NCBI GenBank assembly: GCA_964016885.1
Contig: OZ024744.1
Location: 67,766,001-67,830,000, forward strand
Length of the DNA stretch: 64,000 nucleotides
Direction of reading: 5' to 3'
DNA from: Eledone cirrhosa
Lineage: Eukaryota
Part shown: one piece after another, positions 30,560 to 43,189 of the stretch
How the letters are laid out: the number at the start of each line of letters is the position of its first letter
Position numbering within the stretch: the stretch's first letter is position 1
Translations under genes and position numbers: made by a program
Notes under the pieces: model-generated
The model's input: only the letters and a program-made list of their open reading frames with translations
Told to the model about the DNA's origin: nothing
The model's database searches: none

Positions 30560-32355
30560 TATTTCTACTTTTGGCACAAGGTCAACAATTTCCCAGTGCA
30601 TTACTGGTTCTTTATTTTACCGACCTCATAAGGATGAAAGGCAAAGTTAACCTCGGCAGGATTTGAACTCAGACCATAAAGGGCCGTAACTCTTTGCTGC
30701 AAAGCATGGCGTCCGACCCTCTACTGATACTGCCAAATAATAATGATAATAATAATGATTTCGTATATAGGCACAAGGCCAGTAATTTGGAGGAGGGGGA
30801 AGTTGATTAAATCGACCCCAGTGCATTACTAGTGCTTTATTTTATCGACCCCGTAAGGATGAAAGGCAAAGTGAACCTCTGCGGGATTTGAACTCAGACC
30901 GTAAAGGGCCGTAACTATATGCCATAAAGCATATTGTCTGATGCCCTACCGATACTGCCAATCCACTGCCCTACAGAGTAATTAAATAATAAATACACAA
31001 AATTGACGAAGAAACTTAAGATATTTTGTTAGTCTTACATGTGTTTCGACAATAAGAAATATGAAATAAGGAAGTTACAAGAATTCTGTTTGAGCTGCAT
31101 TATAATAAACCAGGGCGGTGAATTGGCAGTATCGGTGGAGGGTCGGACGCCATGCTTTGCAGCAAAGAGTTACGGGCCTTTATGGTCTGAGTTCAAATCA
31201 CGCCGAGGTTAACTTTGCCTTTCATCCTTGCGACGTCGATAATATAAAGTACCAGTAATGTACTGGGTAATTGCTGGCCTTGTGTCTAAAGTAGAACAAT
31301 TATAATAAACCAGGGCGGTGGATTGGCAGTATCGGTGGATTGGCAGTATCGGTGGAGGGTCGGACGCCATGCTTTGCAGCAAAGAGTTACGGGCCTTTAT
31401 GGTCTGAGTTCAAATCACGCCGAGGTTAACTTTGCCTTTCATCCTTGCGGGGTCGATAAAATAAAGTACCAGTAATGCACTGGGTAATTGCTGGCCTTGT
31501 AGCAAAACTAGAAACAATTATAATATACCAGTGGTGGATTGGCAGTATCGGTAGAAGGTCAAACGCCATGCTTTGCAGCATACAGTTATGGCCCTTTATG
31601 ATCTGAGTTCAAATCCCACCGAGGTTAACTTTGCCTTTCATCCTTACTGGGTCAATAAAATAAAGCACCAGTAAAATACTGGGGTAATTACTGGCCTTGT
31701 ACTAAAAGTAGAAACAATTATAATATACCAGCAGAAGAACCACCTTCTGAGCAGTTTCCTGCTAGCATATGTAGTGTGCACATATTATACGTAAATTGAC
31801 AATAAGCACATAAATGAACAAAGACTGTGTTACACTTTCTTCTGTAATCAGTAATCCATGATACATTTAAAAGTTTTAACAGAAGTAAATCTTGAAATAA
31901 GCTATATATTATATATAAGATTATTTATGTTTAATCAACAACTAAGAAATTTAGTAGATAAATTACATAATTGTTTCTACTATTGGCACAAGGCCAGCAA
32001 TTACCCAGTACATTACTGGTACTTTATTTTATTGACCCCCGTAAGGATGAAAGGCAAAGTTAACCTCGACGGGATTTGAACTCAGTCAGACCCTCTACTG
32101 ATACTGCCAATCCACCACCGTAAATTAGATAAAGTAGATAAATTACATAATATTCATTCATAATTTATTCAAAGTAATCCAACTTATTTTAATAGCGTGT
32201 TGTAAAATAAATAACTGGACACAGTCTTGCAGTTCTCCAGTCATTATATATAAGATAGGTTAACTTTGCCTTTCATCCTTACGGGGTCGATAAAATAAAG
32301 TACCAGTAATGTACTGGGTATTTGCTGGCTTTGTGCCAAAAGTAGAAACAATTAT
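30560..32355. mobile_element. Cluster of ~7 tRNA-derived SINE copies: - at 30560-30736, 30758-30971, 31968-32119; + at 31113-31301, 31313-31520, 31531-31720, 32257-32355
   Basis: Consensus GGATTGGCAGTATCGG...GAGTTCAAATCCCGCCGAGGTTAACTTTGCCTTTCATCCTTACGGGGTCGATAAAATAAAGTACCAG...GGCCTTGTGCCAAAAGTAGAAAC. Pol III A/B boxes present. The central domain resembles the Meta/MESC SINE domain (from memory). Confidence 0.9.
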
Positions 32356-32386
32356 ATATAAAATAGAGATAAATCTATATACTAAG

Positions 32387-32920
32387 ATCGTCATCATCGT
32401 TTAACATCCGTCTTCCATGCTAGCATGGGTTGAACGGTTTTGTCCCACTTGAAGCAAGATTGGTCGGGGGACCATGTCTCGCTTGTACAGAACTGTTTCT
32501 GGCAGGTTTCTTACGGCTGGATGTCCTTCCTAACACCAACCACATTTACAGTGTGGACTGGGAGCCTTTTTACCGTGTCTCCTACACGACCACTCTACAG
32601 TGTGGACTGGGTGCTTTTTGTTGTGTCATCTACACAACCACTTTAGAGTGGATGGAAATAGGAGGATGGAGTAGGGTGTGTGGGGTGTATATTGGGGTAA
32701 GAGGTGCCTACTGACTGTAGGTTTAAGTTTGTATGCAAGGGAAGGTGGGTCTTCTGTATAACTGCATAGCGCCAAAGATCTTGATCCAGTGACATTGTCT
32801 TAGAGAGGTGTAAGTGAGCAAGGCCAGTTTTTATCACCTCATCCCAGGTTTTTCTTGGTCTACCCACTCCGTAGCTTCCATCAATTTTGATCGCTCTGCA
32901 CTTTTTTATACAGCTGTTAA
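32387..32920 (-). mobile_element. RTE LINE 3' fragment
   Basis: ORF 32643-32924 has GRPRKTWDEVI..DLWRYAVIQKT. 3' UTR with 48-bp units and a GAT tail. Confidence 0.88.
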
Positions 32921-32931
32921 TCATACAAGTA

Positions 32932-33125
32932 TTAACCCTTTAATGTTCAAACCGGCCAGAATTCTCTATTTTTTTTCTGTTGAAACTGGCTGTAACTGGT
33001 CACCCAAACTGATGTACTTTCAAAATCTCATAGATTCGATATTATGTGAGATCTTATGTGAGGTAAAGCCTTTACCATAAAAATCTAATAGTATATATAG
33101 AGTAATGTGAATGCTAAAGAGTTAA
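32932..33125. mobile_element. piggyBac-type MITE
   Basis: TTAA-CCCTTT...AAAGAG-TTAA. Internal sequence shared with 42088-42316. Confidence 0.75.
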
Positions 33126-33399
33126 TTCGAGTAATTTACCTTAACACCAATATCACATTCATATATCATTCTGAGACAGTACAAACTACAAAAAATGTAG
33201 GGATAGATCTGAACATTACAACATGTTAAGGTAAACTGATCAATTTAATACTCATATTTTAGAATATGGATTTATTTTTATATGCTAAAATGAAGCTTAA
33301 GTGATATTCTTGCCACTTCCTGAGTTCATATTTCATTTTGTTGAAACACATAAAATGTCTTAAATTTCTTCATCATTCTTGTGTATTTAATACATGTAC

Positions 33400-33662
33400 T
33401 GTATATATATATATATGTGTGTGTGTGTGCGTTTGTGTGTATGTGTGTGTGAGTTTGTGTGTGTGTGTATGGGTATGTATGTGAGTACGTATGTATGTGT
33501 ATGTGTGTGTATGTGTATGTGAATGTGTGTATGTGTTTGTGTGCGTGAGTGTATATGTATGTATGTGTGTGTGTGTGTGCGTTAGTGTGTGTGTGTGCAT
33601 GTGTGTGTAAATGTGAGTAAGTGTGTATTTGTGTGTAAATGTGAGTCTGTATATGTATGTAT

Positions 33663-33706
<44 letters not shown>

Positions 33707-33735
33707 GTGTGCGTGTGTGTGTGTGTGTGTGTGTA
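33400..33735. repeat. Compound (TG)n/(TA)n microsatellite
   Basis: Direct read. Confidence 0.9.
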
Positions 33736-34366
33736 GATATGTATCAGAGCCTCATAATGTGACAGCCCATCTAACCTATGCAAGCATGGAAAATAGATGT
33801 TAAACAGTGAAGATGATGCTGATGTAAATATATATATGGCTACCCCCTCATTATCGAGTATGACCATTGCACGATATAACATTATTAATAATTATTAATT
33901 AATGCTATTGTGCAATGCCTGTGCGTGGAGATATTTTTTAAAGTGAGGAAAGACTGTGCACAGAGCCAATCCCACTCTCTGAGCGACAGTAGCTATAACC
34001 CCAAAAGAAGAAAAGATCAACATCATCGGTAACTACTGAGCCGCAGGTTTTATGTCGGAGTTATCCCAGTTTCCTGACTTGCCTTCTCCTAGAAGAATGC
34101 CCTGACATAGGCTAGGGGTCCTTCACTCCCAGTGGTTTAACCGTGCGATCGGGTGTCCAGCCCGACTATTTCTGTCCCTGTGCATATACATACACATGCA
34201 ACCATGTATATACTCATATACATACATATGTACATGTGTATATACATATTTACACACTTTTGGATGGCCCTTGACTCTTATGAGTTCTTCCGCCCTTTGT
34301 ATATATATATATACATACATATATATATGGACGTAAAATGATGATGATGATATACATACATGTATA

Positions 34367-37300
34367 TCATCATCACAATCATCATTTTACGTCCGCTTTT
34401 CCCTGCTTGCTAGGGTGGGACCAGTCCTATTCAGCACAGCATCTCTCCACGATCTGAGGTCTGTTCTCACCACCTCCGCCCATGTTTTTTGTGGTCTTCC
34501 TCTACTACGTCTTCCTTCAACTGGCATTTCTTGGCACTTCTTCACCCATCGGTCATACTCCATGCGCATCACATGTCCATACCTTCGCAATCTTCTCTCC
34601 CGCACACTACAACTTATACACAGTTTCTCTCTCAACTCATCTATGCTTGGTCATTCACGCACATTGACATTGCACATCCAACGGAGCATGCTTGCATCAT
34701 TTCTCTCCAGCCAACGCATATCCTCTGCAGTTGCTGCCCATGTCTTACTACCATGCAGCATCGCGCACCTCACACAGGCATCATATAAACGGCCTTTCGT
34801 ACCCAGGGAGAAACCCTTCTTCGTCAGCAGAGGAAGCAGCTCCCTAAACTTCTTCCAACCCATCCTTATTCTAGATGCTATGGCCTCGGAACACCCCCTC
34901 CCATGCTAATCTGATCACCTAGGTACCGGAAGCTATCAACCACTTCTATAGCACCCACCTGCATTTGCAAAATGTGTCTATCAATGCGACTTCTACTGTC
35001 AAATTTCCCTATACATCTACTGCATACGTATTTCTCCCTACCTGTTAGTTTGCCTGCTATCCCACTAAATCTCTTGTGTACCCGGATCTGCATTGTGTAC
35101 ATTTTATAGAATTTATGCCAGTTCCTTTTCTGCATATCGTATATGGCCATTTCCCTGACGGAATCAGGGTTTTGTCCTCTTTTCAACACTTTTGTCTTAG
35201 CTAGGTTCACTCTCACTCCTCTTGCTTCCAACTGCTGTTTCCATAGCCATAATTTATTCTCTAGCTCTTCTACTGATTCTGCTATAAGAACCAGATCATC
35301 AGCATAGAGAAGCATGGGCAGCCAGTCTTAAACTCCTCTGTTATGGCTTGGAGGACTATAATGAACAAAAGCGGGCTGAGGACCGAACCCTGATTACTCC
35401 TACTTGTATCTGGAATTCCTCACTAAACTCCATTCCTACCCTGACTTTACTGACAGCACCTCTGTACAAAGCTTACACTGTCTTCACAAGCCATTCCTCA
35501 ACACCCAGCTTCCTTAGGGACCACCAGATGACAGATCGGGGTACCCTATCAAAGGCCTTCTCTAGGTCAACGAAAGCAAAGTATAGTGGCTTATTCTTCT
35601 CTAAGAACCTCTCTTGTAGTTGTCTCACTAAGAAGAGGGCGTCTGTATGCCAGGCATAAAACCAAACTGCATCTCATCTAGTTTGACCCTTTCTCTAATT
35701 AGTTGCGCTAATATCCTTTCTGCCACTTTCATGACCTGATCCATCAGTTTTATGCCCCTATAATTGCTCCTCTCCAAAGCATCCCCTTTACCTTTGTAGC
35801 AATTTATGAGAATACTGCTGCACCAGTCTTTGGGTTTGACACCGCCATATATAGCCTGATTGATGATGCGTGCAACCAGTTTAGTGCCTACGTCCCCTGA
35901 CGCCTTCAGCATCTCAGCAACTTTTCCCGACGGTCCAGCGGCCTTACCATTTTTCCTTTCGTTAATCACCTCTTGGACCTATATTCGTCAATCTCAATAG
36001 CTGGTCCCTCTGTCAGATCTACTGGGGTAATTTCTCTCTCTCCCATTCGTTCTCCACATTCATCAGTCTCTCATAATGAGATTTCCAGGCCTCCTTTTTC
36101 TGATCATTCGTGACACTAAGTACACTGGCATCATTCCGGACACATTTATCTCCAACAACATCCTGATTTGCATTGACACACTGCCTTGCAATGCAGAACA
36201 CTGCACGCCTCTGATCTTCCTGTCGCAGAACAGTGGCAAACCTCCTACTCTCAGCCTCCCTGCGTGCTAAGTACACCTGACGTCTAGCAGGCTGTATATC
36301 CTTCTCTACTCCCACTATTTTTCCAAGCATTCCATGCTAGTCTTTTGTCTCTAATGGCCCTATCTACCATGCTGTTCAACCACCAGGTCATTTTCTGTCT
36401 GGTTGGAGCTCTGCTCCAGCCACAAGTTTCTTCAGTAGCCTGCAGTAAGTTGTCACGTAAGAAATTCCAGCTATCATCTAAGTCATACGACTCTAAATCG
36501 TCTTCTTTTTCGTCATACACATCTTGAAGGGCTTTCCTAAATTTGTATTTTAGTGAAAGGTCTTTTAACTTCCAGACCCTTCTTCTCCACACTTTCCTGT
36601 ATGTCTCATTCCGTCTCATGCTTACTGCGATATCACTAACGACTAACCTATGCCGTGGGATACATTCTTCCCCGGGGTATGCCTTGATATTTAACACCAT
36701 CTGTCTGTCTCACTGCCTAACTAGCAAGAAGTCAATCTGGTTTATGTGCTCCCCTAATTTGTAGGTTATTAGGTGGTTGGCAGGTTTCTGCAAGTTAGTG
36801 TTGCAAATGGCTAGTGCACTTGCATCACAAAATTCAAGAAGTCTCACTCCTTCTTCATTTCTTGAGCCGTAACCGTGCCCACCATGTACTCCCGTTTATC
36901 CATCCTGGAGCTGTCCAACATGACCATTGAAGTCCCCTGCTAGCATAACGATGTCTCCATCCTCTGTCATTGCAGCTGTTTGTAAAAGTTGCTAGTAAAA
37001 GCAGTCTTTCGCTTCTTTACCTAGGCCTGCCTGGGGAGCATAGGCAGAGATAATTGTCAGTAGTCTCTTGCCTACAACTAATCTAAACTTACTTATTCTA
37101 TTACTAACTCTAACTACCTCTATTGTCTTACTGATCCATCTCTCAGCCAGGAAAATGCCTACTCCCACTAACCCATCATCATTACCCACCCAGAAAAGCT
37201 TATAAGTAAGATGTTTGCCTACGATTAGTCTCGCAGAGCCCCCACCCCCCGCCGTGTCACCTCTTGCACGCAGCACACATCCACATGCCTTCTCTCCAGT

Positions 37301-37400
37301 ATCTCCACTGTTTCACCAGATCTACCTGTGAGAGTGCCAACATTAAGTGTGGCAACTCTGAGATGGACTGGGTGCTTTTATTCGTGCCACCAGCAGTAGG
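34367..37400 (-). mobile_element. Near full-length degraded RTE LINE (second subfamily): APE endonuclease plus RT
   Basis: LRVATLNVGTL at ~37330-37362, TIISAYAPQ, GDFNGHVG, NYRGIKL, LLYADD, RLRRYGHVMR. Many frameshifts. The ORF ends directly at the (GAT)-type tail. Confidence 0.92.
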
Positions 37401-37641
37401 GAAGTTGTCTTACCCCACACCAATTTATTTGGAGTGGTAGCTCTCCAAGACGAGTTGCCTACATTACGGCTTACGGAGCCTCCGTCCGCCCCTTGTCTGT
37501 TCTATGATATATTCATGAGGGAGTGGCTATCATACAGCGTCAGGCATGTGTACCGAATGTAGTGGAGGTGGGGCAAGTGGTTATTAAGTGAGAACCGTAA
37601 TGGCTGATACGTAGAATTTTAACAGAGTTTACAAGTCACAT

Positions 37642-37688
<47 letters not shown>

Positions 37689-38146
37689 TGGCTTTCACAA
37701 TCATACAAGCCGTTACACATACTATTTGAACATAATTTTGGAGATATAAAAATTTACACCTATCTTGAAGAAATCCACACATATCTATATATATATATAT
37801 ATATCATCATCATCATCATCATCATCATCATCTTCATCATCATTGTTTAACGTCTATTTTCCATTGTAGTATATGCTAGACGGGAACAAGGGTATGTATA
37901 TTTATAAAGAGAGACAGGGGGGAGACGGAGGGAGAGAGAGACAGGGGGAGGGTAGGGAGAGAGTGAGATGAGAGAAAGAGTGAGAAAGATGATATTTCTT
38001 GCTTAGCAATCAAAAGTGAGGAATGGGGAAGTTCAATTGAGAATGCAGTGCATATTCAACAATTATTAACAGAGGTATCACTTTTGAGATACCATCAATT
38101 ATGTGTCATCACCTTGTCTAAATAACCCTCTCCCCATATCCCTCTC

Positions 38147-38492
<346 letters not shown>

Positions 38493-38529
38493 AATATAAT
38501 TTCAGCAAGATTGAATTTCGATATATATA

Positions 38530-38935
38530 TATCGGAGCCACGACCCTCACCCGAGAACAGCTCGACTCCTTTCTCTCCTTCTTCTGCTCCTTTCACCCCT
38601 CCCTCCACTTCACCACCTCTATCTCCACCACTCACGTCCGCTTCTTGGACATCTCCGTCGCCATCGACGCCTCCCACCGCTCCCTCGTCACCTCCGCCTT
38701 CTTCAAAGCCACCAACTCCCACTCCTACCTCGACTTCACCTCCTCCCACCCAGCACACACCAAACACTCCATTCCCTACTCACAACTCCTCCGGATCCGC
38801 CGCCTCTGCAGCCAAGATGCTGACTTCGAGTCCTCGGCCCTTTCTCTAGTTAGCCATTTCATCCGGAGAGGTTACCCCCCCCTTTCCTTGTCAACGCCGC
38901 CCTCTCTCGCGCCCGTGTTGTCCACCGCTCCTTCG
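38530..38935 (+). pseudogene. Penelope-like element RT C-terminal/thumb fragment
   Basis: [60 protein letters not shown], the typical PLE RT C-terminus. Confidence 0.88.
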
Positions 38936-39054
38936 AATGAAACAGTTCTAGTCCTGTAGAAACGATTTCTTATATATATATATATATATCGAAAGGTTGT
39001 GAGTACAATTCTCAATCGAAAGGTTGTAAGTTCAATTCTCAGATGAGAAATGAG

Positions 39055-39246
39055 ATGATAGGGACTGTGGTCCCTATCATTCCACTGCAGAGTGGTCGTG
39101 GAGGTGCCACGGCAAAAAAGCACCCAGCACTCACTGTAAATGAGGTTGGTGTTAGGAAGGGCATCCAGCTGTAGAAATCAAGCCAGAATCTGTTCCCGTC
39201 CCACCCTTGCAAGCAGGGAAAAGTGGACATAAAATGATGATGATGA

Positions 39247-39250
<4 letters not shown>
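39055..39250 (+). mobile_element. Short non-autonomous RTE-tail element with a 5' hairpin
   Basis: Matches the reverse complement of 22398-22594 end to end. Ends in (TGA)n. Confidence 0.75.
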
Positions 39251-39303
<53 letters not shown>

Positions 39304-39386
39304 TTTTTCCGGGTTGAATCGGAGGTAAACCATAGTAAGTAAGGTACTCAATACATAGCAGAGTATAAAAGTTTTAATATAGATGA

Positions 39387-39435
39387 GATTCTACAGGACT
39401 AGAACTGTTTCATTCTTGAGAAATCATCAGGAATC
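39387..39435 (-). ncRNA. Type I hammerhead ribozyme motif
   Basis: Minus strand reads gattc-CTGATGA-tttctcaagaat-GAAA-cagttctagtcctg-TA-gaatc. Stem I is gattc/gaatc, stem III is cag/ctg, cleavage triplet GUA. Confidence 0.8.
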
Positions 39436-39937
39436 TGATGATTTCTCAAGAATGTAAGTATTACTCGCGATGCATGTGTATGTATATATATGTGTGTGTG
39501 TGTATGAGTGTCTGTGTGTGTATGTGTCTATGTGTCTGTATTAGCGTGTATGTATATGTTTATGTGTGTGTATGTGTATGTATGTGTGTGTATGTGTATG
39601 TATGTGTGTGTATGTGTATGTATGTGTGTGCATGTGTATGTATGTGTGTGTGTATGTATGTATGCATGTATATATATATATATAACTTGTGATACATTCA
39701 ATTACAAAGTTTAGTGGGGCATGTATATAGCAGATATAAGGATTATATACGTGTATGGCATTTGAGTTATACTGGTGTTTTTTCCTTAGTTTATTAACAA
39801 ACCTTCCACATGTATATTTCCCACATTAACTCTAAAGGTTGGTCTTTGTAACACTTTCATATTTTGAAGGTATTTTTCATTCATTTTATGTTCAGCTTTA
39901 CAATTTCATTTGCTTATGTCATGTATTATATATATAC

Positions 39938-40565
39938 ACTAGCCGAATTACCCGTGCCTTGCTGTGTTTCACACATTTTTTTTGTAAGAAAATGATGATT
40001 AATTTTAAATCAGTTATATAATTTATGGAGAAAAACTCTGCATTTCAATATTACTCAATGTAAAATGTAATGCATGAAAAATTGGAAAACATTATTTTTT
40101 GTAATATATCAAATCAAAATTACATTATTAAATCTTATTCTTATTTTGTTTCTTGTAAATAAATTTTTTTTAAATATCAATACAAAACTTTTGTAAATAG
40201 GCCTCATATCTTGTCATTTACCTATGGTTTAAATTTCATATAAATCGAAGGAAAAAAATGTTCAGCTAGTGTTTGTGCCCCAGGGATCCCTAATAGGGGG
40301 TTTAACCCCCATTAGGGTGTCTTAATATTATTGAAATTTGCTGAAATTTTGTGAATAAGCATTATATCTTGTCATTTACCGATGGTTTAAATTTCAGATA
40401 AATCGAAGGGAAAAAATTTCCAGCGTGGGTTTGTGCCCCCGGGGACCCCTTTGATTAAAATGTAGTTTCAGAATATATATGGTTATGGGGGTCTATCTCC
40501 AAAACCATAGGAGTAGTTCGTGAACAAACAAACAAACAAACAGATAGGAATACAACTTTATATAT
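39938..40565. mobile_element. Helentron/DINE-like non-autonomous element
   Basis: Starts ACTAGCCGAATTACCCGTGCCTTGC. Internal duplication with ~158-bp spacing (40206 vs 40364). (AAAC)n near the end, then CTTTATATAT. Confidence 0.5.
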
Positions 40566-40851
40566 ATATATATATACACACACATATATATATATACTGT
40601 ATATATATATGTTGCATTCAAGACATTTCGTTTTTTTTTTTGTTCAACAACCAGCAAATGTCTAAAAGAAAAGGTGTTCCTCGTAATATATCCAGCATGG
40701 CAAGTGGCTGTTAAATGATGATGGATGAATTACACACACACACACACAAACAAACACTCATCCTTCATACGCATCACATCACATATCCATACCAACACAA
40801 TCTCCTCTCCTGCACACAGCATTTGATAGATATATACATATCTATATTTAT

Positions 40852-40917
<66 letters not shown>

Positions 40918-40963
40918 CAAAATAACCGGAGGCATGTTCTGGTGTAAATCCTTGAATGGTTTA

Positions 40964-41024
40964 TTATACTACGATCATTTCAATGACCGGGTTCAGTATG
41001 AATCCGGTGACATCATCAGATAAT
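40964..41024 (-). ncRNA. Hammerhead ribozyme-like motif, slightly degenerate
   Basis: Minus strand reads attat-CTGATGA-tgtcaccggattcatactgaacccggtcatt-GAAA-tgatcg-TA-gtat. Palindromic GATC loop 3. Stem I is weak. Confidence 0.6.
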
Positions 41025-41304
41025 TCAAAATATAACGAAGGAATATAACAAGCTGCTAAAATACGGTCGCCCTCTTGTCTCTAATTTAAACACCAGAACA
41101 TGCCTCCTGTTATTTTGTAATAATTAAGTCCGTTCTCGCACCACCAACTACACAAACGCTGACGGGTGGTTGCATTACGTTGAGTGCTTTCCATAACATT
41201 ACATCATGGCTGACCACACAGAATGACCAGTTCTATCCAGTGGTGAACCAACAAACCCAAATAAATATATATATATACATATATATATGTATATATATAT
41301 ACAA

Positions 41305-41354
<50 letters not shown>

Positions 41355-41423
41355 AAAAAGGGATGAAATCGAAAATGCAACTGAAGTCTTATTTTTTAAA
41401 AAAATATATATATTTATTTGGTT

Positions 41424-41461
41424 CCTTTACCGGTTTCGCAGTTCTTCTGCTTTTCAAAAGG
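41424..41461 (-). ncRNA. Minimal hammerhead-like motif with a variant core
   Basis: Minus strand reads cctt-TTGAAAA-gcag-aagaa-ctgc-GAAA-ccgg-TA-aagg. Stems I and II are perfect, but the core deviates from CUGANGA. Confidence 0.5.
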
Positions 41462-41492
41462 TGAGTTGAGATGGAGGGTCTGTGGTTTTTCT

Positions 41493-41688
<196 letters not shown>

Positions 41689-42087
41689 AAATGATAACGG
41701 AAAATAATTTATGTGTGGTAAGCAATAAAATCCCAGAAATCTTTTATTGGCCTGGAAATGCTTTTCAACTCAATGAATTTCATAATATATATTGTTCTTT
41801 GTTGGATGTATCACTATATTCATCAGCAATAATTGAAAAAAAAAAGCTTGTTCCACATAAATTTCTCATAAAGTCAGCCATAACAATATAGAATGAGTGA
41901 TGGATTGGCAGTATCATTAGGTGTTAGACAAAAAGGTTTGCAGTGTTTAGTTATTACGTTCTGAGTTCAAATCTCGCCAATGTTAACGTTGTATTTTATT
42001 TTTTCGGATTTGATGGGTTGATATAATTGGTTTTCCTCTTTCACCATATGTGCCAATTCTAGAAAAATGTATAGAACAGAACTCAGT

Positions 42088-42316
42088 TTAACCCTTTAAC
42101 ATTTAAACCGGCCATATCTGGCCAAAATTCTCTCATCTGTTCTTGTTCAAACTGGCCATAACTGGTCGCTCATACTGACATTAAGGTATTGTTCTCAAAA
42201 TAAATAATGACATCATCAAAATCTTGTAGAGTCCATATTATGTGAGATAATTATGTGAGATAAAACCTTTACCATGAAAATATAATAGTAGAGTAATGTA
42301 AATGCTAAAGGGTTAA
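42088..42316. mobile_element. piggyBac-type MITE
   Basis: TTAA-CCCTTTAACATT...AATGCTAAAGGG-TTAA. Same family as 32932-33125. Confidence 0.8.
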
Positions 42317-43189
42317 ATATCATGACTTATGTATCTATCAATCTCTATCAGCTTTGTTGATCAACCTCAGAAGATTTGGTTCATACTTTGCACCCGCAGA
42401 GGTTAACTTTGCCTTTCATCCTTATGGGGTCGATAAAATAAAGTACCAGTAATACACTGATTAATTGTTGGCCTTGTGCCAAAAGTAGAAACAATTATTC
42501 TAGTTATACAAATTTGATGAATCTTCAACATTTCTTTGCATAGTTTACTCCTTTGTTGACAAAGAAGTGAAAATACTCACTAATACTAATTATGAATTTG
42601 TAATTTGTTTGAATATCTTTTCCTTAGGAATCACCACTACCAGTAACATAGGGACATTCAGAGAAGTAATTTTCTAATTTTCAACGAAATGCTGACAAAT
42701 TTTTCCTATTACAAAATACCTCAGTTAAAAAGAAAAAAATTCCTTTACCTTAACATGCTGTAGTTTTGAATTTTCATTAAATATGGCCATTCCCCCCCCC
42801 CCCCTAAACAATAAACCCAATTGCAAATTTGGTCATAATGAATGCAATCAAAAGCAGTGAACCAAATTGATTGAAAAGAGATGTTTCTGATAGCCAAATA
42901 TTCACTTCAGAAAATTAAAATTTATCGGTTGATTTAGTTAGGTAATAGAAGCAAACTTGTTGACTAGATGTGTTGGTGTTGACTATGACAAGGAAGTGGA
43001 ATCTGTTGCAAAGGAAGCTACTTTAAGAGAATGACTATAGAACCAGTAGTTACGAACAACATAATTTAGAAAGTGAACACACTAATTTGAACATGCACAG
43101 TAGATAATCTGGGGGTGGAAATAGCGGATAGGCACAACACGGGAAAACAACTTGACCCTATACCACTACACACAGATGATAAAATAGAA

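Noticed and set aside
31113-31215. tRNA gene (A/B boxes)
   Set aside because: It is the head of a multi-copy SINE with an over-long A-B spacer and no convincing cloverleaf.
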